Source of the DNA: the human T2T-CHM13v2.0 reference genome, Homo sapiens
Length of the DNA stretch: 64,000 nt
Direction: 5' to 3' (one strand)
Assembly (NCBI RefSeq): GCF_009914755.1
Contig: NC_060940.1
How positions within the stretch are numbered: the first letter of the stretch is position 1; each line of letters starts with the position of its first letter. Under the pieces are notes generated by a model. The model saw only the letters and a list, made by a program, of their open reading frames with translations, did not search any database and was not told the DNA's origin. Below are positions 48,241 to 63,357 of this stretch, in pieces. A program made the position numbers and the translations under genes.

Positions 48241-50439
48241 TGAGTACTGGTAGGGAGACAGCATTAGTACTGGGTGGCTTGCGGGCAGGATCTGTTTCTT
48301 CTTTCCTGCCTTGAATTCAGATCCAATCTGTGAATGACAGCCACTAGCCAGATTCTTGGGAACTCAGAAAGTGTTGTAAACAGGACAGCAGCCTTGGTTT
48401 GTTTCCCTGCCTCTCAGGTTTTCTAGCCTGTCTGCCTCACCAAGTTATGAGCTGATATCACAGGGAGAGATGATCACAAGGTGGGAGGGGGTGAAAGAGC
48501 CCTGTCATGCTGAATCTGGTCACAGAAGTTCCTGCTTGGGTTCAATGATCATTGGGTCATAAATGGCTCCCGTTATGTTAATACGTATGGACCCCACAGA
48601 TAAGTTTTACCTTCAAAGCTAGAGAGCACTCAGTGATGAGGACAGTTTTTAAGAGCATTTGGAAGAAATTGATGAGCAGTTAGTGATGAGAAACCATCCA
48701 AGTGAGGAGTGATTCTGTCTGCTTGTTGTCAGTGACCCGGGAGGCTGCTTCTGAAAGGCCTTGGAAATACAGTGCCCCCAGCTGATTGTAGAACAGGAGA
48801 GTGGGTGAGCCCTAAGAGAGTGCAGCTGGGGAAAAGTGCTGACTGACTGAGCTGGCAGCCACTGCTGCCACACAGCATCAGTTGGGCTGTTGATTCCACA
48901 AACGTGTTTAAGGTCCACGCTGTGCCAGGTCTGGACCATCTCTGGGGTGACAGCCATGAATTAGACATGGTTCTTGCTCTCAAGGAGCTTATAATGTGGG
49001 GAGTGGGGCAGAAAAAAACTATGCTGCTTTCCTTAAGAAATGTGATTTACTGGTTATTTACTGTGTGTTACAAGCTTGGCTAGACGTGAGATTTTGCTTA
49101 ATTTTCACAACCATCATTAGGCTACAATCTCCACATTAGAGTTGAGCAACAAAGGCTCAGAGAAGTCAAGTAACTCTTCCAGATCACACAGCTGGCGAGT
49201 GGTAAAGTCAGGATTCAAACCTAGTGAGGTTGACTCCAGAGTGCATACTCCTCTGATTGTGATGGAAGGGCATGGGAGGATGGAGAGGGTGCTGCTACTT
49301 GTGCCTTTGATGGGTCCGGAAAGACACTGAGATTCTGTGCAGGAAATATGGAAAATTGTCGGTCATCTCCTCAGTCTTCATTCCTTGAACTTGAGAAAGA
49401 ACTAAGTGCTGGTGTTAATGTGGGACATCGTCTGCTCTAAGCATTTAACAGATGTCACAGGAGTATTATGTAGGAGTGGGCTACATTCTTGTTCTTGAGA
49501 GCTGAATGTTTTGGCTGCTCTGTCGAGTCAGTAAGGATGTTGTGGAAATTCTTCTGTAGACCTCCCCAAAATGTTATTTTCTAAAATAACTAGTTGGTTT
49601 TGGTTCTGTTGGCATTGGTAAAGGCAAATCAGAGGAACCCTGGCAGGGATTTTTTACCCTGCAGCCTTGCAGCTAAATGCAGCCAACTGCTTCCCTACAC
49701 TGCTTTCTCACAGCCCAACCAGCCTTTAGACACTTCTGCTAACTTGCCTTCCCTGCAGGCTCCTTACCTGCTACTCCTGGCTGCCTGCAGTTACCCCCAG
49801 TCTTGAGCATGCAGGCTCTGTGCTGTATGCAAAGATACTGCTGGAGCGAAAGGCCCATGATGCCATCTTAGTTGCTATAGTTATAATTTAATTGCATCAG
49901 CTTTACAGCCTATTAAGAGCAAAAAGGGAAAATGTTTTCTTGGTAACAATTATCGGTCATGCTCTCTTGTAAATTTCCATTCTTTTTCATTTCTTTCTAC
50001 CTTAAATTCATTATTTTAGGGAGGAGGAAGTTGGAATGTTGAAAGAATGGGCATAGGGTGGGGCAGGTGCTTAAAAAGAAACCAAAGGGCTGATGACTGT
50101 GTTTTTCCATCTTCTTGATAGGCAGAGACATAAAGTGTGGTGTGAATATTTTAGTACATACAAGATGAGGGCAGAAGAGAGAACTGAGTAGGAAAAATTT
50201 TCTTACATGAAATAAGTTTTGAAAGAAAATTCTGTCTTTAAGATTTTAGATTGTAAGATTTAAGATTGAAATGTTATGTGCCAAATTTATTTATTTGTCC
50301 AAATACACTGTGTTGAATATTTTGTTTTAGAGAATAGCTTTGATAGCTTTTTTTACGTGTGTGGTTTGATCTTTTACAATTGTTAAATTTTTTCACACAT
50401 GAAGAAGAGTATGCTTAACATATATAAAAATGTAAATCG

Positions 50440-50895
50440 GGTTTTACAGCCCATGAGCCACATACAGCCTTAAAGTTTTATTGGAACACAGCCAGGCTTA
50501 TTTGTATTGTCTGTGCTGCTTTTGTGCTACAGTATGAGAGTTGAGTAGTTTTGACAGAGATCATGTGCCCTGCAAAGCCTGAAATGTTTACTATCTGCTG
50601 TTTACAGAAAAAGGTTGCTGACTCCTGGTATAAATAATAAAATGAATGAATACCCATGTGCACATTTTATCAACTGAAACAGAATATTGAGCTGGGTGCC
50701 GTGGCTCATGCCTGTGACCCCAGCACTTTGGGAGGCTGAGGCAGATGAATCGCTTGAACTCAGGAGTTCAAGACCAGCCTGGACAACATGGCAAAACCCA
50801 TCTACAAAAAATTAGCTGGGCATGGTGACACGCACCTGTAGTCCCAGCTACTCGGGAGGCTGAGGTAGGAGGATTGCTTGAGCCCAGGAGGTTGG
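50440..50895. mobile_element. MER58 fragment (50440-50628) and truncated AluJ (50690-50895, +)
   Basis: ttttattggaacacagcca...tttacagaaaaaggttgctgac; Alu 5' two-thirds. Confidence 0.8.
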
Positions 50896-51949
50896 AGGGT
50901 GCCCATCATCAATTGCATATCCCTCTTTTCTCACCAAAGACACCACACTAGATTTTTCCATTCAAACTGAAATCAGGCAAGCTAGATGTGTATAAAGAAA
51001 AAGCCAGTAGTCACTCTTTCTCCCTAACTTTGTCATCCAACGTAACCAATGTTATTAATTTGCTTATTTTTTCACATACTTCTCCATGTTCATGCAAAGC
51101 ATATGTAAACATTTATTACCCCAAAGTTTTACAGCAGATTATAACTCTCCTTGTGATAATACTATAAGCTGTTGTTTAAGCTCTTACTGTTTGTTAGGCG
51201 CTGTGCCACACACTTTACACGCATTATATAATTTCTTTTTAAAATAACCCTGTGAAAGTGTTATCTGTGTTTTAAACTTGAGGAAAGTCAAATAGTGAGT
51301 GGCCAAGCCAGAATTTCAAATCCAACTTAGTAGGAATTCCTCATATTTGTATGGTACTTTTCAGTTTCTGAAGGATTGTCACAGGCACTTTCCTGACTGG
51401 TCTGCAGTGCCTGAGAGGTAGGATAGGCATTTTCCCCCACATTCAACAGAGGAAGAAACTGAGGCTTAGAAAGATTATGTATCCAATATTTTCAGTGAGT
51501 GACAGGTGAGACTTGAACCCAGGCCTCCTGACATTTTATATGCTTCCCATGTATGCTGGGAACAGTCCTTGTCCTTCTACTCTCCTGGAACTGGAAGGAG
51601 ACTCCAGCTTCCATGACTTTCTGCTCATGTGGGACTGCCTGGCTTTTGGGAATTGAAGCAGGTAGAAGGCAGGGAACCTTCCAAGGATTTTTGCACCCTT
51701 ACAGACTGAAGTTTCTAGTACAAGCTTTATTTATAAAGCCGTCCCTACCCTAGATTCCCTGTCTCCTTCGTCAGTCCTTTCTCTCCCTGCATATGCATTG
51801 CATAAGCCGTACACTGCATAAGCCACACACTGAACAGTTTCTACAGGTGTCAACTACTTAAATGACCTTTCTTTTCTGACAATTCTAGTAGATAATTTTT
51901 AAATTCTGAGGTTCTCAAAATCCTGGTATATATTAAAATTATTTTGGCA

Positions 51950-53790
51950 CTGGATACATTCTTATGTGTCTCTGGTAGAGTACAGCACCATGGGACAAAA
52001 TTTAGACATAGCTAGCAAAATTGACCCAGCAATTCCACTTCTAGGGTTTTGTCCCAAGGATATACTGGTAAAAAACACACACAAGAAAACCCTGTGCACA
52101 GGGATATTCATTACAGCATTATTTGTAATAGCAAAAATTGAAAACAAACAAATGTCCATCAGTAGGTGACTAGTGGAATAATGTAGTATGTCTATGTAGT
52201 AGAGTACTCTTCAGTAGTACAAAGGAATGAGAATATACAGTAACATGGAGTGATTCCAGGACATATTATTAGGTAAAAAATGCAGGGTAGAGAAAAGTAT
52301 TTAGTACTCTATCATTTGTATAAGAAAGCAGGTGAAAGACATTCCATGTTCATGGATCAGAAGACTTAATAGTAAGATACTAATACTCCCTAAATTGGTC
52401 TGCAGATTCAACACAGTCTCTATCAAAATCCCAGCTGGGATTTTTTGCCGAAAGTGACAAGCTGATTCTAAAATCCATATAGAGATACAAGAGACTTAGA
52501 ATAGCCAAAACAATCTTTAAAAAGCAGAAGAAAGTTGGAAGAATCACACTTGCAATTTCAGAAATTACTACAGAGTCACAGTAATTAAGACTATGGTACT
52601 GGCATAAGGATAGACATGTAGATTGATGGAATGGAATTATTAATCCAGATAAATAAACCCATGTGTCTGTGATCAGCTGATTTTCAACAAGGGTACCTAG
52701 ACCATTCATTGTGAAAAGAACAGTCTTTTCAACAAATGATGCTAGGACAGTCACATGTCAGAAGGACCCAGAAACCAAGTTGAAGAGGCTTCTACTGGCC
52801 AAAGATGAGATTATTTGATCATCAATTAGGATAATAACTGCATTGGATTGAAACATATCAAATATGTTTAAAATTTATGAGTTTATGTACTAAAACAAAA
52901 CTCATTGATCGCCTTTGGAGAATACTAGAGAACCAACTCATTATTCAGGGTAATTACATAGTTGATTTTAGAGTTTCTTGGAATGGAAGTATTCCAGCTA
53001 ATGAAGACGGAATTAGGATACCACCATTTTGCAACTACTGAGGAGTAAATGGGTCTAAGCAGTCATCATCAAGACTGCAAATATTTCAGATAGAGATAAC
53101 CAGATATTAAATACCTCTTGATGAAAAGTATATAGTAATCTAGCCATAAAAATAGTGGCACCTCAATCTAATCAAACCCTTGGAACTTTGAATTTGCAGG
53201 AAATACAGAGGATAAAGGAGCATGTTAAATGATATCATGGGGATTCTGTCAGTAAAACATTTTCTGTGGGGAACTATAGCCTTGCTACTTTGAGTGTAGT
53301 CAATGGATCAACAGCATCAGCATCAACCATGAGCTTTTTAGTAATGGAGACTCTCAGGCTCCATCCCAAACCTATTAAATCAGAATCTACATTTTTAACA
53401 AGCTTTCCAGGTGATTCATATGCACTTTTTTTTCTGCTCTGTACTTTTGTCATCACATGTGCATTTAAAGCTTGAGTAACACTGCTTTACAAGATAAATA
53501 ATCCAGAATCTTCAACAAAGATTATAAGAAAAAAATGAGAGGGACAACCTGTTGATGAAAAGAGATTTAGGAGGCATATTAATCATCCACAAGTAGAGAC
53601 TTTATTTGGATTTCATTTAAACAAACACAACTTTAAAAGTTGTGAAAAAATTAGGCAATATCTTGGCTATAACAAGCATATTTGTTGATAGAGAAAAATA
53701 GGTAGGGATGTAGATGAAACAGGGTTGGCTACGACATGCAAATTGTTGGGGCTGGGTGATGGGTATGAGGAGGTTTACTATTTTAATTTT
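51950..53790 (+). mobile_element. Old L1M fragments (ORF2 and 3'UTR) with nested MER5-type element (~53277-53485)
   Basis: gacattccatgttcatggatcagaagacttaat...aatagccaaaacaatc L1 ORF2 motifs. Confidence 0.75.
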
Positions 53791-53799
53791 TTTTTTTTT

Positions 53800-54715
53800 A
53801 ATGAAGAAAAGAGGTTTAATTGATTCACATTTTCACAGGGCGTACAGGAAGCGTGGATGGGGAGGTCTTAGGAAACTTACAATCATGGCAGAAGGTGAAG
53901 GGAAGACAGGCACATCTTCACATGATGGAGCAGGATAGAGGGTGAAGGGGGAAGTGCTACGTACTCTTAAACAACCAAATCTTATGGGAACTCACGGTCA
54001 TGAGAACAGCAAAGGGGAAGTCTTGCCCCTATGGTCCAGTCATCTCCCACTGGGTGCCCCCTCCAATGTTGAGGATTACAGTTCGACATGAGATTTGGGT
54101 GGGGACACAGAGCCAAACCATATCATTCCACACCTAGCCCCTCCCAAATCTCATGTCCTTGTCACATTTCAAAGCACAGTCATGGCTTCCAAACAGACCC
54201 CCAATGTCTTAACTCATTCTAGCATTAACTCAAAAGTCCAAGTCCAAAGTCTTATCTGGGACAAGGCACGTCTCTTTGCCTATGAGCCTGTAAGACCAAA
54301 AACAAGTTAGTTACCTCCAAGATACAATGGGGGTACAGGCATTGGGCAAATGTTCCCATTCCAAAAGGGAGAAATTGGCCAAAACAAAGGGGCTACAGAC
54401 CCCATGCTTTGGCTCTGCAGGGTACAGCCCTCTTGGCTGCTTTCATGGGCTAGTGTTGAGTGCCTGTGGCTTTTCTAGGCACATGGTGCAAACCATCAGT
54501 GGGTCTACCATTCTGAGTTCTGGAGGATGGTGGCTTTTTTCTCACAACTCCACTAGGCAGTGCCCCAGTGGGGACTCTTTGTGGGGTCTGCAACCCCACA
54601 TTTCCCCTCCACACTGCTTAGTAGATTCTCCATGAGGGCTCTGCCCCTGTAGCCGACTTCTGCCTGGATATCCAGACATTTCTCTACATTCTCTGGTAGC
54701 TGTTCGGAGGCTCCC
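53800..54715 (-). mobile_element. MST/THE1 LTR (to ~54125) plus adjoining MaLR internal sequence
   Basis: LTR ends gagccaaaccatatca and is followed by ttccacacctagcccctcccaaatctcatgtcc internal region. Confidence 0.85.
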
Positions 54716-54759
54716 AAAATTTTGTGTTTTTAATCTTTTTCTATAATAGCTTTAAACAA

Positions 54760-55827
<1,068 letters not shown>

Positions 55828-55930
55828 ATATTAATCACAACTAATCACAGTCGTTGGGAGGAAAGTTTGGACTAGGTTACTCCTGAAGCTACGTGATTCT
55901 AATGTGCAGCCAGGGTTGAGACCCACTCTT

Positions 55931-56766
55931 CTTTTTTTTTTAATTTTAAAATATTTTACTTTAAGTTCCGGGATACATGTGCAGAATGTCCGGGTTTGTT
56001 ACATAGATATACATGTGCCATGGTGGTTTGCCACACTTATCAACCTGTCATCTAGGTTTTAAGGCCTGCATGCGTTAGGTATTTGTCCTAATGCTCTCTC
56101 TCTCCTTGCCCCCCCCCCCCCCCGACAGGCTCCTATGTGTGTTGTTCCCCTCCCCGTGTCCATGTGTTCTCTGTTCAACTCGCACTTATGAGTGAGAACA
56201 TGCAGTGTTTGGTTTTGTGTTCCTGTGTTAGTTTGCTGAGAATGGTAGCTTCCGGCTTCATCCAGCTCCCTGCAAAGGACATGAACTCATTCTTTTTGAT
56301 GGCTGCGTGGTATTCCATGGTGTATATGTGCTACATTTTCTTTAACCAGTCTATCATTGATGGGCATTTGGGTTGGTTCCAAGTCTTTGCTATTGTAAAT
56401 AGTGCTGCAGTAAACATACATGTGCATGTGTCTTTATAGTAGAATGATTTATAATCCTTTGGTTATATACTCAGTAATGGGATTGCTGGGTCAATGGTAT
56501 TTCTGTTTCTAGATCCCTGAGGAATTGCTACACTGTCTTCCACAGTGGTTGAATTAATTTACACTCCCACCAACAGTGTAAAAGCATTCCTGTTTCTTCA
56601 CAGCCTTGCCAACATCTATTATTTCCTGACTTTTTAATAATCGCCATTCTGATTGGCATGAGATGGTATCTCATTGTGGTTTTGATTTGCATTTCTCTAA
56701 TAATCAGTGATATTGAGCTTTTTTTCATATGTTTGTTGGCTGCATAAATGTCTTCTTTTGAGAAGG
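55931..56766 (-). mobile_element. 5'-truncated L1PA 3' end (~835 bp)
   Basis: tactttaagttccgggatacatgtgcagaa L1PA 3'UTR; ORF2 C-terminus ([19 protein letters not shown]); TSD GAGACCCACTCTT at 55918-55930 and 56767-56779. Confidence 0.93.
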
Positions 56767-57146
56767 GAGACCCACTCTTTTAGAGAGTTAACTTTTTAGG
56801 ATTATTAGAGGAGAGAGGCAAGATACGGCAACCTGGAGGGAAAGTCCCGGGGATGGCATCATAGTTGACGTGGAAGAGACAAAAATCTATAGGAAGGAAC
56901 CTCTGGGTAAATGTAATCTGTTGCTGTAGTATTTATTGGATTAGAACTACATATGCGAAATCCTTTCTCTTCTCCAGTAAGTCTGTTAGTTCAGGATTGA
57001 AACTTTTAGGTGTTATACCTGTAGGTGTTAGGGTTACATGTGCTGCCAAATTCTCTGACTACTAAGTTACTCAAAGTGAACACAAATGTTATCAGTGAGA
57101 GTTTTTGGTACTAATTTATAATCCAAGAACAGTCTACAAATTAATG

Positions 57147-57335
57147 GGCTGGATGTGGTGGTTCACGCCTGTAATCCCGGCACTTTTGGAAGCTGAGGCA
57201 GGAGGATCGCTTGGCCAGGAGTTTGAGACCAGCCTGGGCAACAGAGCAAGACCCTGTCTGAAAATAAAATAAAATAGACTAGACCAGACTAGACCCGACC
57301 CGACCTGACCCGACCCCACCCCACCACTACACTAC
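57147..57335 (+). mobile_element. FLAM-type Alu monomer with pentamer-repeat tail
   Basis: Single Alu arm, then (AAAAT)3 grading into other pentamers. Confidence 0.85.
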
Positions 57336-57579
57336 GAGTTCCCCTAAGTTTCTTTTTTACAGAGAGTGTTCTAGATATTAGTGCAACCTTTTCTTTAAAA
57401 AACTACCCTTGCATTGTTACATTGCCCCAGGTGAGTAGAAATAAAGATGGCTATATTATTCCCATTTCTCTTCAAAAGCATTTACTGATCAGATAACAGC
57501 CTCCTATATTATTAGACTGGGCAGCAGAGAGGGAACCTGCAGATGTGCTGAACATGGCGTTTGGCTTTTGAAGGGAAGC

Positions 57580-58060
<481 letters not shown>

Positions 58061-58277
58061 GTTTGGAGCAGTCTAGTCTATGGTAGTAGTATCGTTTTAT
58101 TCTAGACAAGGCTCTCAAATTCAGGCATGATTAGAACTTGAATCTGTTACTACAAAGTACAGTGTTATGGCTCTTATTCCAGGTGATGTCTATGGAAAGA
58201 TATAAAACAACTATGTAAAAGTGTCTGGACAGTATATAGGAAGTTTTGAATTAAAAATGCTCTCTAGTATTTGATGA

Positions 58278-58571
<294 letters not shown>

Positions 58572-60059
58572 TAACTTTCTTCTTCCTCAGATATTAAGAG
58601 AACAGTAGATTCAGCTTTGGAGGTATAGTGGAAAACATTGGGTTATTTTCAGAGCTCTCTGTGTGGCTGAATTTAAGAAAGCAATTCCAACCTGCACTTT
58701 TTAGATTATTATAATTAGGAGAACAGATTTCTCTTCCTTCCTTGGGCTTAATCCAAGGCTCAGAGACATTAGTTGCAAGTTTCTTTCGCTTTCTTTGCTA
58801 GATCTCAAATAATTTTACTATTCGTCTTCCACATTTCTTTTTTACATCTTGCTTGTATTGGTTGGCAAAGAGCTGGGGAAAACTTAGAGTACTATTTACT
58901 GAAACCTACTCAATGATTTCCAAGAAGTGTTTGGCTGCATTAGTGGCACCAGGAAATAGTCTAATAGAGCACTCCAGTCTCATTTAACCAAACATGCCAC
59001 AAGCAATTGATAGCTGTTTTAATCTAATCAGAAACTGACGTAAAATTGTTAAGGAAAAAACTCACGGTCTGTTTAGTTTTTGAGGAATTGGAACACTGCA
59101 TTTGCATTAGAGTGAAGGGACAGTGGGGCACCATTTTATTTTTTTATCATTGATTTACCTGAAAATGAGAGGATGCCTTCTGCAGAGGCAAATTCTAGTA
59201 GAAATGGGCAATATTATTTGGGCTCAATTTGAATTAATACTCTCTATACTAGTAACCTTCCTAAGAACCATTTTAGTCCATCTAATGGCCACATTTCTCC
59301 TGCATTTATTTGAATTCAGAAACCTAAAACTACTTTGAGTTGAGAGTTGAAGAACTATAGATATTTTTCCTATTGCTGCTATGTTCCCAAAGTATGAGAA
59401 TCCAGTTTTTCCAGTTTTATATGCTAAATCATTTTTGCATGTCAACTTATAGTTGCCTTCTCATTTCCATGTAATCTTGAAATGGCATGTATACTTTTTA
59501 AACTTTTTTTTTTAAGTTTTAGCCCCCCTCCCCCGTACAACTGCTTGAGGCTCTCTGTTAACAAATACATGTAACAGGGATGAATAATCACCATGTATTT
59601 TGGGAGCATCCCTAATAATGTGGAAAGAAATGGCACCTGCTGAAAGGGTTTTTGTTCGTTTTTAATGTTGAAAATACCAGAGAAATTGTTTGTTTGAAAA
59701 ACAAAGTGTTTTTTACATTTTCTTTGATATTCTTGGAGTAGGTATTTGGAATACTCAACAGCATTTTGTGATGCACTTCATGCATTTCGAGTGATGTGAA
59801 ACTCCATTTTTTTACCTTAAGGTATTGACAGGTTTGTAAATGTATTGAGTCATAATGATCATTTCATCTAACCTTCTACTTAATGGAAGAATACTCTCCT
59901 TCAACACTGCCATTAGATGGTTTTCTAACAATATATGCTTAGTTACATCAAAGAGAATTTCTTAATTTGGAATGAGCGCATCAGAGCTTTGGTCCTGTAC
60001 CACTGGGAAGTCTCTGAACTTTGAGGTTAAGGATGCTTCATTTCAAAAGTTCACCTCTT

Positions 60060-60791
60060 GGCCAGGCACAGTCGCTCATGCCTCTAATCCCAGCATGGTA
60101 GGAGGCTGACGTGGGAGGATTGCTTGAGCCTAGGAGTTCAAGACCAGCCTGGACGACATAGTGATACCCCCTGTATTTGGCCATCCTTGCATTGCTATAA
60201 AGACATACCTGAGACTGGGTAATATATAAAGAAAGAGGTTCAATTGGCTCACGGTTCTGCAGGCTGTACAAGAAGCATAAAACCAGCATCTGCTTCTGGG
60301 GAGGCCTCAGGGAGCTTTTACTCATGGCAAAAGGCAAAGTGGGAGCTTGCACGTCACATGGTGAAAGCAGGAGCTAGAAAGAGTTGGGGGCAGGGGCGGG
60401 TGCCACTTTCAAACACCAGATCTCATAAGAACTCACTGTCATGAGGACAGCACCAAGAGGATGGTATTAAACCATTCATGAGAAATCTGCTCTCATGATC
60501 CAGTCACCTCCCACCAGGCCCCACCCCCAACACTGGGGATTACAGTTCAACATGAGATTTGGCAGAGACATGTATTCAAACTACGTTACTCTGTCTCTAC
60601 AAAGATAAAAAATGATCGGGGCATGGTGGCGCACTCCTGTAGTCCCAGCTACAGGGGGAGGCTGAGGCAGGAACATCACTTGAGTCCAGGAGGTTGAGGT
60701 TGAGGCTGCAGTGAGTCCCTCCTGTGTGCACCACTGTACTCAAGTCTGGGTGACAGAGCAAGACCCTGTCTCAAAAAAAACCAAAAAAAAA
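60060..60791 (+). mobile_element. AluJ split by MST LTR (~60172-60588, -)
   Basis: Alu left arm, complete MST-type LTR, then remaining Alu linker and right arm. Confidence 0.87.
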
Positions 60792-62231
60792 CCCAGAAAC
60801 AACTCACCTCTTCGTTGTGCTGTTCCAGAATAGCTTCAGAAAATGCAAAATGGTCAGTCCAAGATAACTTTTGATTAATTAGGAATTGATCATCTAGACC
60901 TGAAGTAAAAGTTTAAGGCTTACTAGTTTTGAAATAAGTTCTCTGTTCACTTCATCTTCTTGCCAGCAAAGGCTTAAAGGAGAAAATTTAGCTTTGGCCT
61001 GATCTGGGGGAACTCCGTTTTATCAATAGGGATTGGAGGTTTTAAGTTGTATTGTGTGGCTCAGTTGACCTGTGCTTAATAAACTTCCTATACACGTATC
61101 CTTCCCTGACTTCTTGTTTAGTAACCAAGCATAAGAGCCAAGCCAGCTTGCATTCCTGGCATGGAGTGATCCTCCTCTTAATTCTTCTCATAATGTGTTG
61201 GTTATCCAAGAAGAGTAAACTTGGACATTTTCAGTGATTTGTCTTTAGAAAAGCCAGATATACTATTCGATGGACTTTTTTTTTCATTTATTTTAATTGC
61301 TTAAATGAGATATAATTCACATACCATAAATGTGGTGGACTTTTGTAATTGAACTTTTGTTTTTCAATCAATGCATTTTTTTTTTTGAGGTGAGAATGCA
61401 CCCTAATTCCATGTGCTATCAGTCAGAGGGAAATTATTATGTCAGTTTATAAGCCACTTAAAGTACTGTTATAAAAAGGAAATGCTGATGCATTCTTTGA
61501 CAAGTACCGTCCAGGACTTTGTACTATCCATCGTTTGCATTACTTATAAGCTTAAAGGCATTTTGCCACTTATGCATTGTCTTTTTCTATTTGGTAAACA
61601 TTGATTATATTTCCTTCTGCTTCTAATGGAGCTTGAAATTAATATGGGTTTTTGTTGTTACCATTTTGTTGTTTGTCATAATCAATAATGTTTGCGTGCA
61701 TTGTGAATGCATTTTAAAAAAATTGCTGTGACCACCAAAGGTAGTATATTAAAGAAACGCCACTTAAATATATGTAGGGATGATACTAGTAGAATTTTTT
61801 TAATGTTTATTGATTTTATTTTTTGGAAATGGTCATAAAGAAGGCCTACATTTGTGTAATAGAGGTGAAGAGTGATAACAGGACATACTACTAAAACAGC
61901 TGTACTGGATCTGTTCTAAATGACTTTGTGGTGCTTGGGAGTATGCGTCCTCTCACAGAGATCCACTTGCTCACTTCTGTCTTTGGAGAAAAAAATATTG
62001 ATGGCATATTGCACATCTTTACTGTGGTCTGAACAGACCTAATGTGTCATGGATACGTGTATTATATAATAATAAAGTGCAAATTTACGTAGTCCAGTTA
62101 TATTCTGGGTTTTTTCACTAGATTGCATGTATATTTCAAGAAGTCTGTGCAGAAATAGCCTGAATTGGCCATGAAAATGGGAGCTGCATTTTCCCAGCAT
62201 TAGGCTATAATATTTTTAAATGGCATTAGAC

Positions 62232-62399
62232 TTTCAAAATAACTAAGAGTGGAATTGGAATGTTTCTAACACAAATAAATGATAAACACTTGAGGCGAAG
62301 GGTATCCTGATTGCCGATTTGATCATTACACATTGTATGCTTGTATCAAAGTATCACATGTACAACATGAATAAATATGATGTATCCCTAATAATTAAA
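62232..62399 (+). mobile_element. Short L1MA 3' stub
   Basis: aactaagagtggaattggaatgtttctaacac...tgatcattacacattgtatg; flanking direct repeat. Confidence 0.75.
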
Positions 62400-62456
62400 A
62401 ATATTTTTAATGGCATTAGACCATTGCAGAGCAATAATAAATAATTGCCAAACTTA

Positions 62457-62910
62457 CTATATTAAATTCCTAGGGATGCTGTAACAAAGTACTGCAAACT
62501 TGGTGGCCTAAAACAACAGAAGTTTATTCTGTCACAGTTCTGGAATCCTGAACTTTGAAATCAAGGTATTGGCAGCACCACACACTCTCCATAGGCTCTA
62601 GGGGAGACTCCTTCCTCTTCTGGCTTCTGATTGGCTCCTGACATTCCTTGGCTTAGGGCAGGGTATCTTCGGTCTCTTCCTCCATCTTCACGGGGTTCTT
62701 CCTTGTGTGTGTCAGGTCTACCTTTCATGTCATATAAGGACACCAGTCATTGGATTTAGGACCCACCCTAAATCCAGGATAATCTCTTCTTGAGATCCTT
62801 AATTACATTTGCAAAGGCCCTATTTCCAAGTAAGGTCATATTTACAAGGACCAGAGGTTGGGACTTGGACATATCTTTTTGTGGGACACACACTTCAACC
62901 CACTGTACTT
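62457..62910 (-). mobile_element. MLT1B/C MaLR LTR
   Basis: gctgtaacaaagtac...ataaggacaccagtcattggatttagg...ttcaaccc. Confidence 0.85.
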
Positions 62911-63296
62911 ATAGTGCCAGAAATTTTAAAACTGTTACTGTAAAGAATGAAACATCTTCAAATCTAACTCCATTTCATATCCATGGGCAGTATTGGGATA
63001 AGATATCCATTGCTAGTCGTTCAGTACTGCAGGTCCCAACTAAGTTTCTCATGTCATCCTCCTCATTCTGCTTTGAGCCTTTGGGAAATGAGGGTGACTA
63101 CTTATATCTGATTTCAGAATTTAATAGTAGTTACTCTTTCTAAACATGTTAACAGTCTGTAATGTGTTTGAGAGATTTATCTAGAGACATTTTTCAACTA
63201 GAAACTCTCTGCTTCTTAAAGTATTAAATATGTAGTTTTTAAGGTAACTATAGATAGGATTAAATTTTGGCATTTTTCCAAGGTAGAAGGAACTGC

Positions 63297-63357
63297 TTGT
63301 GTGTGTGTGTGTGGGTGGGTGTGTGTGTGTATGTGTGGGTGTGTGTGTGTGTGTATG
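63297..63357. repeat. (TG)n microsatellite
   Basis: Imperfect TG/TGGG run in intron 3. Confidence 0.95.

Noticed and set aside
56528-56728. [26 protein letters not shown]...
   Set aside because: C-terminal remnant of L1 ORF2 in a 5'-truncated L1PA.
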